Origin: Octopus sinensis
Lineage: Eukaryota
Direction: 5' to 3'
Assembly: GCF_006345805.1 (NCBI RefSeq)
Contig: NC_043025.1
Coordinates: 12,586,001-12,650,000 of the forward strand
DNA: 64,000 bases
Below the pieces are notes generated by a model. That model was not told the origin of the DNA. It ran no database searches and saw only the letters and a list, made by a program, of their open reading frames with translations. The number at the start of each line of letters is the position of its first letter. The stretch's first letter is position 1. Shown here one piece after another: positions 12,063-24,953 of this stretch. A program made the translations under genes and the position numbers.

Positions 12063-13004
12063 CATCATCATCATCGTTTAACGTCCGTTCTCCATGCTAG
12101 CATGGGTTATACATACACACACATATACATACATACATACATACATGCGTGCGTGTGTGAGCTTGTATGAATATATAATCTAAGCTACCCTTTATTTTGG
12201 AAAAACTAATATTATTGAGGTATTAAATGGCAATTATGTCAAGAAAACTCAGAATGGAACAGGAAGAAGACACTTAGAGTCTTTGAGGAAAGAACAAAAC
12301 CACAAAGCTAAGAACAAAACCACAACAAAACCCACAAAAATAAAAACGATTGTATTTTGTTCAATGGTCATAGGTTTGACGTTTGTTTATCCATTTTTGC
12401 AACAAATACTTTTTAGCATTGTAATATATATGTATGTGTGTGTATATTATATGTGTGTATATGTATATATGTGTTTAAGGCAGCATGCTGGCAGAAACGT
12501 TAGCATGCTTTGCCTTTCATCCTTTCGGGGTCGATTAAATAAGTACCAGTTACGCACTGGGGTTCGATGTAATAGACTTAATCTGTTTGTCTGTCCTTGT
12601 TTGTCCTCTCTGTGTTTAGCCCCTTGTGGGTAGTAAAGAAATAGGTATTTCATCTGCTGCTACGTTCTGAGTTCAAATTCCGTTGAGGTCGACTTTACCT
12701 TTCATCCTATCGGGGTCGATAAATTAAGTACCAGTTGTATACTGGGGTTCCATGTAATCAACTAGCTGTGTTTCTCAAAATTGCTGGCCTTGTGCCGAAA
12801 TTGCTGTTATTAAAGCGGTGAGCTGGCAGAATCATTACTTCGAAGCATTCATTTGAGCTTTACATGCAGGGTTCAAATTCTGCTGAGGTCGACTTGTGCC
12901 CCCTATTAAATGCTGGGACTGATGCAGTCAAGTAACTCTGAGCTTCCCTCGAAATTATTGGCCTGCGTTTTAATTAGAAGCAGTTTTTATTATGATAGGG
13001 AGAC

Positions 13005-13470
13005 AAAAGAACCAAAGACATTCCAGTTGTGACCATCCTGTCTTTGATTCAGACATAGTGCACCTAGGACTACATATTCCAATGTGTCCTTCCTTGTTTC
13101 AGTTGTTTAGCCCCAGGTCAATCCTGATCCAGACAGACCTATGACCAAAGATGCTCCAGCTGTGACCATCCTGTCTTTTATTCAGGCATAGTGTATCTAG
13201 GACTACATTATCTAATGTGTCCTTCCTTGTTGTTTAGCCCCAGGTCTCTCCTGATCCAGACAGACCTATGATCAAAGATGTTCCAGCTGTGACCATCCCA
13301 TCTTTGATTCAGGGTTAGTGTATCTAGGACTACATTATCTAATGTGTCCTTCCTTGTTGTTTAGCCCCAGGTCAGTCCTGATCCAGACACACCTATGATC
13401 AAAGATGTTCCAGCTGTGACCATCCTGTCTTTTATTCAGGCATAGTGTATCAAGGACTACATTGTCTAAA
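13005..13470. repeat. 127-bp tandem repeat, about 3.5 copies
   Basis: TTGTTTAGCCCCAGG recurs at 13103, 13230 and 13357. Confidence 0.9.
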
Positions 13471-13694
13471 GTGCTCTAATTATTTTCGTGGGGAGATTGT
13501 GTTAAGTCAAGCAGAGAATGTAGGGGATTCACTCTTGTTAGGGTCTGTCATGCATGTACAGCTGAGACAGAAGGTTTCTGACGAGGGTAGAGTGGGGCTC
13601 TTGGAAAGGTTTGGAGTCATGTGTGTGAGGGCGGGGACTCACTGTGGAGAGAAAAAGAAAGTGAGAATGAAGGAACGAGGCAAAGAGAGAAGGT

Positions 13695-13932
13695 GTGTCT
13701 GTGTGTGTGTGTGAGAGAGAGAGAAAGAGAGTGAAAGAGAGAGAGAGTGAAAGATAGTGAAAGAGAGAGAGAGAGAAAGAGAGTGAAAGAGAGAGAGAGA
13801 GTGTGAAAGAGAGAGAGAGAAAGAGAGTGAAAGAGAGAGAGAAAGAGAGTGAAAGAGAGAGAGAGAAAGAGAGTGAAAGAGAGAGAGAGAGAAAGAGAGT
13901 GAAAGAGAGAGAGAGAGAGAGAGAGAGTGAAA
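13695..13932. repeat. (GA)n/GAGTGAAA compound microsatellite
   Basis: Visible directly in the sequence. It explains the SL-repeat ORFs. Confidence 0.95.
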
Positions 13933-14189
13933 GAGGACACACTCAGCCAGGTAGCGGCAGCAACACTAGAAGATAGGTTGTGTACCTGTCTGCTTCGCAC
14001 CTTCTAATTAGGACTAATGATAACGATAATATTAATAATGGCGTGATATGGTGTATCGCGTGACATGTGACCTTATTGACAATGCACCACTTTGCAACGT
14101 ACACAAATGCGCACATGCGGGCTTTCATATGCAACCGAAGCATTGTAAGCGGGCTTTACTGACAGAATTAAAAGAAATCCATTGTGTAT

Positions 14190-15620
14190 ATTTATGGCCA
14201 TCTACTTAAAGCTGTATACAGCTATTGTACGACCACACTTGGAATTCGCATCACCAGTTTGGAGCCCCTATCTTGCTCAGAACATTGACCCCCTGGAATC
14301 TGTTCAGAGACGTGCAACCAAACGCATACCCTCCATCAGACACCTACCATATTCTGAGTGCCTGTTTCCCTGGGCATGGGATTCACTGAAGCTCCGGCGT
14401 CTGGCGAGGACTGGTAAACACCCACAAGTTATCAACCACCTCACAACAACAACAACACTGAACACCTTTTTGATCTCCATGTGTCCAACACACGTGGACA
14501 TGCCTACAAGTCAGAAAACAGCACAGATCCTTCCATGACTTTCGGAAACATTTTTTCACGCTCAGAGTTGCCAACCACTTTACAGAGAGTATTGGATGCT
14601 TTTATCAACCAAACGCATACCCTCCATCAGACACCTACCATACTCTGAGCGCCTTGTTTCTCTGGGCATGGATTCACTGAAGCTCCGGCGTCTGGCGACG
14701 GACTTGGTAAACAACCACAAAGTTATCAACCACCTCACCAACAACAACACTGAACACCTTTTTGATCTCCATGTGTCTAACACACGTGGACATGCCTACA
14801 AAGTCGGAAAACAACACAGCTCCTTCCATGACTTTCGGAAACATTTTTTCACGCTCAGAGTTGCCAACCACTTTACAGAGAGTATTGGATGCTTTTATCA
14901 ACCAAACGCATACCCTCCATCAGACACCTACCATACTCTGAGCGCCTTGTTTCCCTGGGCATGGGATTCACCGAAGCTCCGGCGTCTGGCAACGGACTTG
15001 GTAAACACCCACAAAGTTATCAACCACCTCACCAACAACAACAACACTGAACACCTTTTTGATCTCCATGTGTCTAACACACATGGACATGCCTACAAAG
15101 TCGGAAAAGAACACAGCTCCCATGACTTTCGGAAACATTTTTTCACGCTCAGAGTTGCTGAAGCATGGAACAAACTGCCTGCGTCAGTTGTTGACTGCCA
15201 TGACACTGCATCCTTTAACCCTTTAGTGTTTAAACCACCCATATCAGGCCAAAATTGTCTCCCTGTTTTATGCTCAAACCAGCCAGCTCTAACCTCTCAC
15301 ACCTACCCTACAAAGTCATTCTAAAAATAAACAGGGACCTCATCAAAATCTCAGAGTTACAAGATGCTGTACAATTAATTTAAAACAATGTAATTAAACA
15401 GGCTTTACATTTGACAGATTAATCTGAATGCTAAAGGGTTAAGGCCCTCATGCTTTCCGAAATCCGCCGAAACTACACCTGATTGTCCCCTTTCCATACT
15501 CATACACATATGTGTATGTCATGACTCATGCACTGTTCTTTTCCTGACCCTTGTACATTACCCTATCTACTATACATACACTTTAGATGAGTTGTGGGCA
15601 CACCTGAGCACTGTACACAA
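14190..15620 (+). mobile_element. 3' part of a CR1/L2-group LINE with an internal about 292-bp triplication and a MITE insertion
   Basis: Translation gives LKLYTAIVRPHLEFASPVWSPY...SVQRRATKRIP...LRRLATDLVNTHK...RKHFFTLRVAEAWNKLP. Repeat units start near 14318, 14609 and 14902. The 3' UTR resumes at 15443. Confidence 0.85.
15219..15438. mobile_element. piggyBac-type MITE (220 bp) with TTAA target-site duplication
   Basis: TTAA|CCCTTTAG ... CTAAAGGG|TTAA. The uninterrupted LINE copy at about 34100-34131 (- strand) shows the empty site with a single TTAA. Confidence 0.85.
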
Positions 15621-15829
15621 TGTTTTATTATTATTATATATATATGTGCAGGTGTGGCTGTGTGGTAAGTAGCTTGCTTACCAGCCACATGGTTCTAGGT
15701 TCAGTCTCAATCTGTGGCACCAAGTGTAGATGTCTTCTGCTATACCCTCGGGCCTACCAAAGCCTTGTGAGTGGATTTGGTAGAGAGAAACTGAAAGAAA
15801 CACGTTGTGTGTGTGTATATATATATATA

Positions 15830-16135
15830 GGCGCAATGGCCTAGTGGTTAAGGCAGCGGACTTGCAGTCGTAGGATCGCGGTTTCGATTCCCAGACCGGG
15901 CGTTGTGTGTGTTTATTGAGCGAAAACACTTAAAAGCTCCATGAGGCTCCGTCAGGGGGGGGGGGTGACCCTTGCTGTACTCTTTCACCACACTTTCTCT
16001 CACTCTTTCTTCTGTTGGCCTGCTCGCTTAGCCAGCAGGGTGGCGTCGTTCGAAGGCTAAAACAATGCGAACGCATCGTGACCAGCGATGTGTAACAACA
16101 TCTGATGGTCTGGTCGATCACGTGATCACGTGATA
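15830..16135 (+). mobile_element. tRNA-derived SINE, family C (other copies near 18300-18470 -, 51580-51705 -, 54148-54418 +)
   Basis: A-box TGGCCTAGTGG and B-box GGTTTCGATTCCC head, followed by a shared non-tRNA body in several dispersed copies. Confidence 0.85.
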
Positions 16136-16416
16136 TATATATATAAGTTCAGCAAAATTTAGATTCAAATGAATATGGTACTTAAGTCAGAGGCACCAGA
16201 ATTTTGTATGGTGTTATCCATATAAATCCATGGGGTGATTATAATCAAAATAAGCAAGTATTAATATGAAAATTATGTATTAATGGAAAACCTCTATAAA
16301 TGGCTGATGATTGCTCAACATTTTAAAACTGTTGTAATACTTAGAATATTTAGTAAAATGATGTAGCGTGAAATGATCGTACCAAATTACCGAAGATATT
16401 CTTGTTGCTTATTTTG

Positions 16417-16448
<32 letters not shown>

Positions 16449-16899
16449 GGTGCAGGAGTGGCTGTGGGGTAAGTAGCTTGCTAACCAACCACATGGGTCC
16501 GGGTTTCAGTCCCACTGCGTGGCACACTTGGCAAGTGTCTTCTGCTATAGCCCGGACACCACGAAAGTGGATTTGATAGAATAAAACGGAACGAAAAGCC
16601 TGTCATATATATGTATATATAAATAGTTGTAAGTGTGGGTGTGTGTCTGTGTTTGTCCCCTAGCACATTGGCTTGACACCAATGCTTGGTGTGTTTATGT
16701 TCCCCCCGTTACTTAGCGGTTCGTCAAAAGAGACCGATAGAATAAGTACTGGGCTTACAAAAGAATAAGTCCCGGGGTTGAGTTGCTCGACTAAAAGGCG
16801 GTGCTCCAGCATGGCCGCAGTCAAATGACTGCAACAAGTAAAAGAGTAATATATATATATATATATATACACATATATACATGATGATACATATATGAT

Positions 16900-17165
16900 A
16901 CATGAAGGAAGAATGTGGATGGCAGAAAATTATGTCAAGTAGCAGGAAGGGAAGCTAGGTACCAAGTTTACTTAGTAAAGGAAGAAGCTGAAAGAGAGAT
17001 GTTTGCCAATGTTCTACAGCGCTAGGATCAGATTCTTGAGGTGTTCTGGTTTGCAAGAGAGTGTGTTGGGAAGACTCAAGATGCTATCAGTTCGAAATAT
17101 GTGCCTTTGCACTGAGTGGTTCTGAAATTAAGGAGGCATGGAAGTGCTGCTATGAAAGGCTGTTT
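16900..17165 (+). mobile_element. Degraded RTE-clade LINE fragment
   Basis: Broken frames resemble EKxxFANVLxR-DQ-LEVF..AR and ALSxSEIKEAWKCxYERL, typical of the region upstream of RTE RT. Confidence 0.55.
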
Positions 17166-17447
17166 AGTGCAGGTAAAGTACACGGGAGAAAGAGAAGCCT
17201 CGTGAAATGGCATTCGTGGTTGAGGCATGGATGGAAGTGCTGCTATGAAAGGCTGTTTAGTGCAGGTAAAGTACACGGGAGAAAGAGAAGCCTCGTGAAA
17301 TGGCATTCGTGGTTGAGGCATGGATGGAAGTGCTGCTATGAAAGGCTGTTTAGTGCAGGTAAAGTACACGGGAGAAAGAGAAGCCTCGTGAAATTGCATT
17401 CGCGGTTGAGGCATGGATGGAAGTGCTGCTATGAAAGGCTGTTTAGC
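17133..17447. repeat. 93-bp tandem repeat, about 3.3 copies
   Basis: GGAAGTGCTGCTATG at 17140, 17233, 17326 and 17419. The copies are nearly identical. Confidence 0.95.
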
Positions 17448-17829
17448 GAAGGCGGCGAGCTGGCAGAAACGTTAGCACACCGGGTGAAATGCTTAGCGGT
17501 ATTTCGTCTGCCGTTACGTTCTGAGTTCAAATTCCGCCGAGGTCGACTTTGCCTTTGATCCTCTCGGGGTCAATAAATTAAGTACCAGTTGCGCACTGGG
17601 GTCAATGTAAGCGACTTAATGCCTATGTCTGTCCTTGTTTGTCCCCAAATCAGATTGGAACTTGGTGCAGCGCCCAAGCTTACCAGTTTTTGGTCAAACT
17701 GTCCAACCCATGACAGCGCAGAAAATGGACGTTAAATGATGATGATGATGATAGTCTTGTTAATGTGAACCTGACTGAGTAACCAGCCATTCTTGTCGAC
17801 AGTAGTATGATAGATAGATAGATAGATAA

Positions 17830-18090
17830 GGGAGTTAGTTAAGGATATGAAGGCAGGGAAAACCCCTTCCTCATCAGGGATCACGGCTGAAATGCTTAAA
17901 ATATCTAGCAGAGTAGGTTACAGTTTAGTCACCTGTGTAGATTAATCTGGAGGTACAGGTAAGTATCATCCTGAATGACTGGTGTAGTAGAATGATACTC
18001 GTCAGCTGCTACAGGTGTAAAAGGAGGATTATTATTAGATAGAGGTAATTACAGGTGTATCGAGTTACCTGGATGACCAGGTCACGAAAA
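17830..18090 (+). mobile_element. Degraded RTE LINE reverse-transcriptase fragment
   Basis: Broken frames resemble KDMKAGK.P.SGITAEMLKIS..VGYSLVT and IPNDWCS...YRG..L.DQV. Confidence 0.65.
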
Positions 18091-18519
18091 TAGGGGAAAG
18101 CGGAAAGGGATAGGGCTCAATATAAAAGAGGGTTTACACCTGAGGAGGAGATGTAGTAAGGTAGATTGGGTAGTGGTGGTTATGTGATTGTTAAGGCCCA
18201 GTTTGTGGCTGAGGTTAGGGGGTAGGGTGTTGTGGGTCTGGTTTGCAGCGATGGCGGGGGGGCGTGGGGAAGGCAGCGGTGGTGGTGGTGGTGGTACAGA
18301 GTGAAGTGGCGAAAGAGTACAGTAGGGATCGCCACCAACTCCTTACTGGGTCCTCGTGGAGCTTTTAGGTGTTTTCGCTCAATAAACACTCGCAGCACCC
18401 GGTCTGGGAATCGAAACCGCGATCCTACTACCGCAAGTTGCTGCCCCAACCACTGGGCCGGTGCGCCTCCACATATGTATATATGTATCCTGCTGTCTAT
18501 ATATATATAGATAGACAGA

Positions 18520-19170
18520 CAGCAGAATACACTTTGAGGAAGATTTAGCTGCTATTTCTAACAGGTGTAGAAATCTCACTCATTGGCTCATATATACATA
18601 CATAAGACAATAGAGTGTGATTTGAGGGCAATTTGGTTGCTATTCCTACCAGTTCTGGCTACCATGTAGAGGTCTCCTTCATTGGCTCATACATACATAT
18701 ATACATAAGACAGTAGGGTGTGATTTGAGGGGAATTTAGCTGCTATTTGTAGGAGGTCTAGCTACCATGTAGAGGTCTCATTCATTGGCTCATACATACA
18801 TATATACATAAGACAGTAGGGTGTGATTTGAGGGGAATTTAGCTGCTATTTCTGCCTGTTTTAGCTACCATGTAGAGGTCTCCCTCATTGGCTCATACAT
18901 ACTTAAGAGAGTAGAGTGTGATTTGAGGGGAATTTAGCTGCTATTTCTGCCTGTTTTAGCTACCATGTAGAGGTCTCGTTCATTGGCTCATACACACATA
19001 TATACATAAGAGAGTAGGGTGTGATTTGAGGGGAATTTAGATATTCTAGGAGGTTAGCCATGTGGTCTCCTTATTGGCTCATACATACATATATACATAC
19101 TAAGCGTAGGGTGTGATTTAAGGGAGATTTGGCTGCTATTTCTAGCAGTTCTGGCTACCCTTTGGAAATC
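18520..19170. repeat. About 100-bp tandem repeat, about 6 copies
   Basis: ATTGGCTCATA anchors near 18581, 18680, 18783, 18886, 18981 and 19072. Confidence 0.9.
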
Positions 19171-19914
19171 TCGTCCTTGGTGGAGGTCGATGTTGGATGG
19201 GTGTTGTGTGTGTATGGGGGGGGGGAGAATGATATAATTAAATCTCTAATTATAGGTGTGGAGTGACATGAGAAGCAAGCTGGACAAATACAAACACATC
19301 TCTCTTTCTCTCTCTCTCTCTCTGTCTCTGTCTCTCTGTCTCTCTCTCACACACACACACACACACATACACTTGTAGGTGATGTAATGTGTACAGCATT
19401 TTGACAATAGCGAATGATAATAATGATGATGATGATGATGATATGATGTGGCTGCCATGTTGGTGGTGGTCATAAGCACAGCATGCGTGTGTATGTGTGT
19501 GTATAAGTATGTGTGTACATATTTTGTGTATGTTTATATATATGTGTATATGTATGTGTGTATGCATATGTTTGTATATGTGTGTATTTGGTTAGCATAA
19601 TGTGTGTATAGGCGCAGGAGTGGCTGTGTGGTAAGTAGCTTGCTACCAACCACATGGTCCCGGGTTCAGTCCCACTGCGTGGCACCTGGGCAAGTGTCTT
19701 CTACGAAAGCCTTGGGCAGACCAATGCCTTGTGAGTGGATTTGGTAGATGGAAACTGAAAGAAGCCTGTCGTATATATGTATATGTGTGTATATTTTTGT
19801 TATTTCTTTATTGCCCACAAGGGGCTAAACATAGAGGGGACAAACAAGGACAGACAAAGAGATTAAGTCGATTACATCGATGCCAGACACTGAAAGAAGC
19901 TCATCGTATATAAG

Positions 19915-19945
<31 letters not shown>

Positions 19946-20239
19946 AATATATATATGTATATATAATATATGTAATATATAATATATATATATATGTATA
20001 TATGTATGTATGTATATATATGTATATGTATATATATATATGTATGTTTATATATATATGTATGTAGATATGTATGTATGTATATAGTAGTATGTATAAT
20101 ATGTATGTTATATATGTATGTATGTATATATGTATGTATGTATGTAATATATATATGTATTATATATGTATGTATATATATATATGTATGTATATATATA
20201 TGTATGTATATATATATATGATGTATATATATATATGTA

Positions 20240-20280
<41 letters not shown>

Positions 20281-20689
20281 GTGTGTTTGTGTGTCTGTGT
20301 TTGTCCCCCTAGCATTGCTTGACAACCGATGCTGGTGTGTTTAAGTCCCCGTCACTTAGTAGTTCAGCAAAAGAGACCGATAGAATAAGTACTAGGCTTA
20401 CAAAGAATAAGTCCTGGGGTCAATTTGGTCGACTAAAGGCGGTGCTCCAGCATGGCCACAGTCAAATGACTGAAACAAGTAAAAGAGTAAAAGAATATAT
20501 ATGTGTGTAATGTATAGGCATGTATGTTTATATATATATATATAGAGAGAGAGAGAGATGTATGTGTGTATGAATATATATACGTTTGTGTGTGTGGTGG
20601 GAGGGGAAGTAGAAAAGCTATAAAACCAGAATTCCCTGTCAGGTGACAGTTTTGTGGTTGTCACCTCATAGTTTTTTACCTATTGACTG

Positions 20690-22070
20690 ACTTCAGCCAC
20701 CATCACCACCATGACCACCACCCCTAATATCCGTAACCACCATCAGTGTTACAAGCAACACCACCACTATTACAGCCAACACTACCACCGCCAACACAAT
20801 CAGCACCACCACCACCACCACCACCTCTACCACTACCACCACCACCACCACTACCACTACCACCACCACCACTACCACTACTACCACCACCACCACTACC
20901 ACCACCACCACTACTACCACCACCACCACTATCACCACCACCATACTACCACCACCACCACATACCAACACACTATACCACCCCCACCACACCACTACCA
21001 CCACTACCACATACTACACCCACCACTACCATACCACCAGCAATACCACACCACAGCACTACCACCACTGCCACCACACCACTACCACCACCACCACTAC
21101 CACCACCAGCACTACCACCACTGCCACCACCACCACCACTACCACTACCACCACCAACACTACCACCACTATCACCACCACCACCACCACTACCACCACC
21201 ACCACTACCACCACCACCACTACCACCACCACCACTACAACCACCACTACCACCACTACTACCACAACTACCACCACTACCACTACTACCACCACCACCA
21301 CTACCACCACCACCACTACTACCACCATCACCACTACCACCACCACCACTACTACCACCACCACCACTACCAACACCACTACTACCACCACCACCACCAC
21401 TACTACCACCACCACCACCACTACCACTACCACCAGCACTACCACCACCACCAGCACTACCACCACTGCCACCACCACCACCACCACTACCACCACCACC
21501 ACCACTACCACCACCACCACTACCACCACTGCCACCACCACCACCACTACCACTACCACCACCAACACTACCACCACTATCACCACCACCACCACTACCA
21601 CCACCAGCACTACCACCACTGCCACCACCCCACTACCACCACCACACCACCACCAAAACCACTACCACCACTACCACCACCACAACTACCACTACCACCA
21701 CCAACACTACCACCACCACCACTACCACTACCACCACCACCACCACACCACCACCAGCACTACCACCACTGCCCCACCCCACCACCACTACCACCACCAC
21801 CACCACTACCACTACACCACCACCACACACCCACCCACCACCACCACCACCACTACCACTACCACCACCAACCACTACCACCACATCACCACTACCACCA
21901 CCACCACCACTACCACCAGCACTACCACCACTGCCACCACCACCACCACCACTACCACCCCACCACCTACCACCACCAGCACTACCACCACTGCCACCAC
22001 CACCACAACTACCACTACCACCACCAACACTACCACCACTATCACCACCACCACTACCGCCACCCGCTTT
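20690..22070. repeat. 1.4-kb (CAC/TAC)n cryptic trinucleotide tract
   Basis: Visible directly in the sequence. It produces the His/Tyr, Pro/Leu/Thr and poly-Val ORFs. Confidence 0.95.
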
Positions 22071-22374
22071 CCCCCCAACGTCCCTCTGCCCTGCCCCTCA
22101 CCCCACCCACAGGGGCCCAAGCACTTAACCAAGGTGACACTGTAAAAATGTCACTTGCCATTGATCGCATTGTGCCTCTGGAGAAATATCTCTTAATGGG
22201 GACGCGACCGGTCCCCATCCCCACCTCCTACCATGACCATCCTTACTGAAGTTTCTCTCTTTCAAAAGAAGCCATCCATCAAGCAGATTCAATGGAATTA
22301 GCAATCAGAGTGAACCGGGTGGGGTGGGGGGAGGGCAATGGGGTGGTGGTGGTGATGGTGACGGCTGAGATGGC

Positions 22375-22549
22375 AACATATATGTATATATACTCATAAA
22401 CATACCATAACAAATATATATATATATATGCATGTACATACACATAGCATATATATATATCCACATATACATGAACCATGACATATATATACACATATAT
22501 ATATGAACCATGACATATAGACATATGCATACATATGTATATACATGTG

Positions 22550-22582
<33 letters not shown>

Positions 22583-22597
22583 ATATATATATGTGTG

Positions 22598-22636
<39 letters not shown>

Positions 22637-22642
22637 GTATGC

Positions 22643-22707
<65 letters not shown>

Positions 22708-23300
22708 TGTATGTATATATATGTATGCATATGTATGTATATATATATGTATGCATATGTATGTATATATATATGTATATATATGTATGTATATATATAT
22801 GTATGCATATGTATATATATATGTATGCATATGTATGTATATATATATGTATATATATGTATGTATAAATATGTATGTATATATATATATGTATATATAT
22901 ATATGTATATGTATATATATATGTATATGTATATATGTATGTATATGTATGTATATATATGTGTATGTATGTAGGTATGTATATATATATGTATGTGTAT
23001 GTAGGTATGTGTATATATATATGTATGTGTATGTAGGTATGTATATATATATATGTATGTGTATGTAGGTATGTATATATATATATGTATGTGTATGTAG
23101 GTATGTATATATATATGTATGTGTATGTATATATGTATATATATATGTATGCATATATATATATTTATATATATATGTGTGTATGTATGTATATATATGT
23201 GTATATATCTGTATGTATATATATGTGTATATATGTAATATATATATATATATATGTGTGTGTGAGTGTGTGTATAGATATGTATGTGTATACTTATATA
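22375..23300. repeat. (TA)n/(TATG)n compound microsatellite (representative of many in the window)
   Basis: Visible directly. Similar tracts lie at about 5240-5590, 19900-20280, 31240-32180, 42320-44830 and 48150-48740. Confidence 0.95.
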
Positions 23301-23780
23301 TAATCACACCAGTTTTTTCTCGGGATGTTACTCCATATATTTCTAAGCATTTATGTCTAAAAATTTCTTGTGAATCTTCATCTATACACCTGTCAGCATT
23401 TGTCTATCCAGGTGTATTCAAATACATCTTACGAGAGAGCACACCTTATATTTCTATCCCTTCACCTCCACCTTAGCCAGAGTGACTCCCATTGTGATTG
23501 TAATTCTATAAACTTAGAATTTAATTACTTCACAGCCTTATATAATTATAAGACCACATAAGGGCCATTATCTTCTCTGAGCGCCACTTCTATGCTGACA
23601 TGAGAACCGTTTGTTTCCCTCTACAATTGAAAATAACCTCAACCTAGTTTTAAGCGTCTAAATATCTCTCTATATCCCCAAAACGCAATACACAGTTACC
23701 CCCTTTCAAGTGTAGCCTATAAGTCTGAATACATTTCCATTCATTCGTTTTCTCCTTTGCTCTTCTATTACAGACAATTA

Positions 23781-24953
23781 CCATAAATCCTCGGGTATAG
23801 TCCACCCTTGAATATAATACGTAGGGGATTTTTGGGGGCCTGTACTTCTGAAAAACCTAAACATTGTGTATAATACACACCCCTTCTATATAACGTCCTT
23901 GATTTGTAAAACTGTATACGGTAACGTCCTTTATTATTATTGTATATATAACATAATGCAAACGTGTATACGCAGGGGATTTTTAGGGGGCTGTACCTCT
24001 GGTAAACCTAAACCTTGTGTATAATACGCACCCCTTCTCTAACTTGAGTCAAGGAGGTCTATATAACGTTCTTGGTTTGTAAAAGTGTATACGGTAACGT
24101 CCTTTATTATCATTGTATATATAACATAATGCAAATGTGTATACGCAGGGGATTTTTAGGGGGCTGTACCTCTGGAAAACCTAAACCTTGTGTATAATAC
24201 GCACCCCTTCTCTAACTTGAGTCAAGGAGGTCTATATAACGTCCTTGGTTTGTAAAACTGTATACGGTAACGTCCTTTATTATTATTGTATATATAACAT
24301 AATGCAAACGTGTATACACAGGGGATTTTTAGGGGGCTGTACCTCTGGAAAACCTAAACCTTGTGTATAATACGGACCCCTTCTCTAACTTGAGTCAAGG
24401 AGATCTATATAAGGTCCTTGGTTTGTAAAAATGTATACAGTAATGTCCTTTATTATTATTGTATATATAACATAATGCAAACATGTATATGCAGGGGATT
24501 TTTAGGGGGCTGTACCTCTGAAGAACCTAAACCTTGTGTATAATACGCACCCCTTCTCTAACTTGAGTCAAGGAGGTCTATATAACGTCCTTGGTTTGTA
24601 AAACTGTATACGGTAACATCCTTTATTATTATTGTATATATAACATAATGCAAACGTGTAGCTTTTTTGTGCATTTTGTTTGCAGAAAATAAAGAAATAA
24701 CAGTAATAACGTTTAATAAATGTTGCTTATTGCAAGTTATGGATGATTCTTTTATGACTTCATTGCTTTCAGGCTTAGCTTAAGGGATTTTCTCGCCCGA
24801 CATCACAAAATGCATCTGAATAAACATTGCCGGACAGCAAATAGAGACTCGGACATTGCTTAGAAAATATTTTTCATTTTTAACCTCGTGCACTAGGGAT
24901 TTTGACCTTTAAATTTTGGGGGGGAAATGCGGATTATACTTGAGGATTTACGG
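23781..24953. mobile_element. Non-autonomous TA-targeting DNA transposon (Tc1/mariner/pogo-type) with about 26-bp TIRs
   Basis: TA|CCATAAATCCTCGGGTATAGTCCAC on the left and GCGGATTATACTTGAGGATTTACGG|TA on the right form imperfect inverted termini flanked by TA. Confidence 0.75.
23815..24660. repeat. 173-bp tandem array, about 5 copies, inside the TIR element
   Basis: TATAATAC(A/G)(C/G)AC anchors at 23869, 24020, 24193, 24366 and 24539. Confidence 0.95.

Noticed and set aside
14596-15324. 242-aa ORF as a host gene
   Set aside because: It is a triplicated LINE C-terminal segment with frameshifts between units.
15830-15905. tRNA gene (also 18400-18470, 54148-54205)
   Set aside because: A and B boxes are present, but there is no proper cloverleaf, the anticodon region varies between copies, and all copies continue into a shared SINE body.
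16243-16419. 15-bp perfect inverted repeat (AATCAAAATAAGCAA) as MITE termini
   Set aside because: It is AT-rich, single-copy in the window and has no clear TSD, so it cannot be classified.
20711-22249. 512-aa His/Tyr-rich and 460-aa Pro-rich ORFs
   Set aside because: They are a stop-free consequence of a (CAC/TAC)n tract that is open in several frames on both strands. There is no unique domain or convincing splice context.
22279-23307. Long YI/HT/CV-repeat ORFs here and throughout the ORF track
   Set aside because: They are translations of (TA)n, (CA)n and (TATG)n microsatellites.
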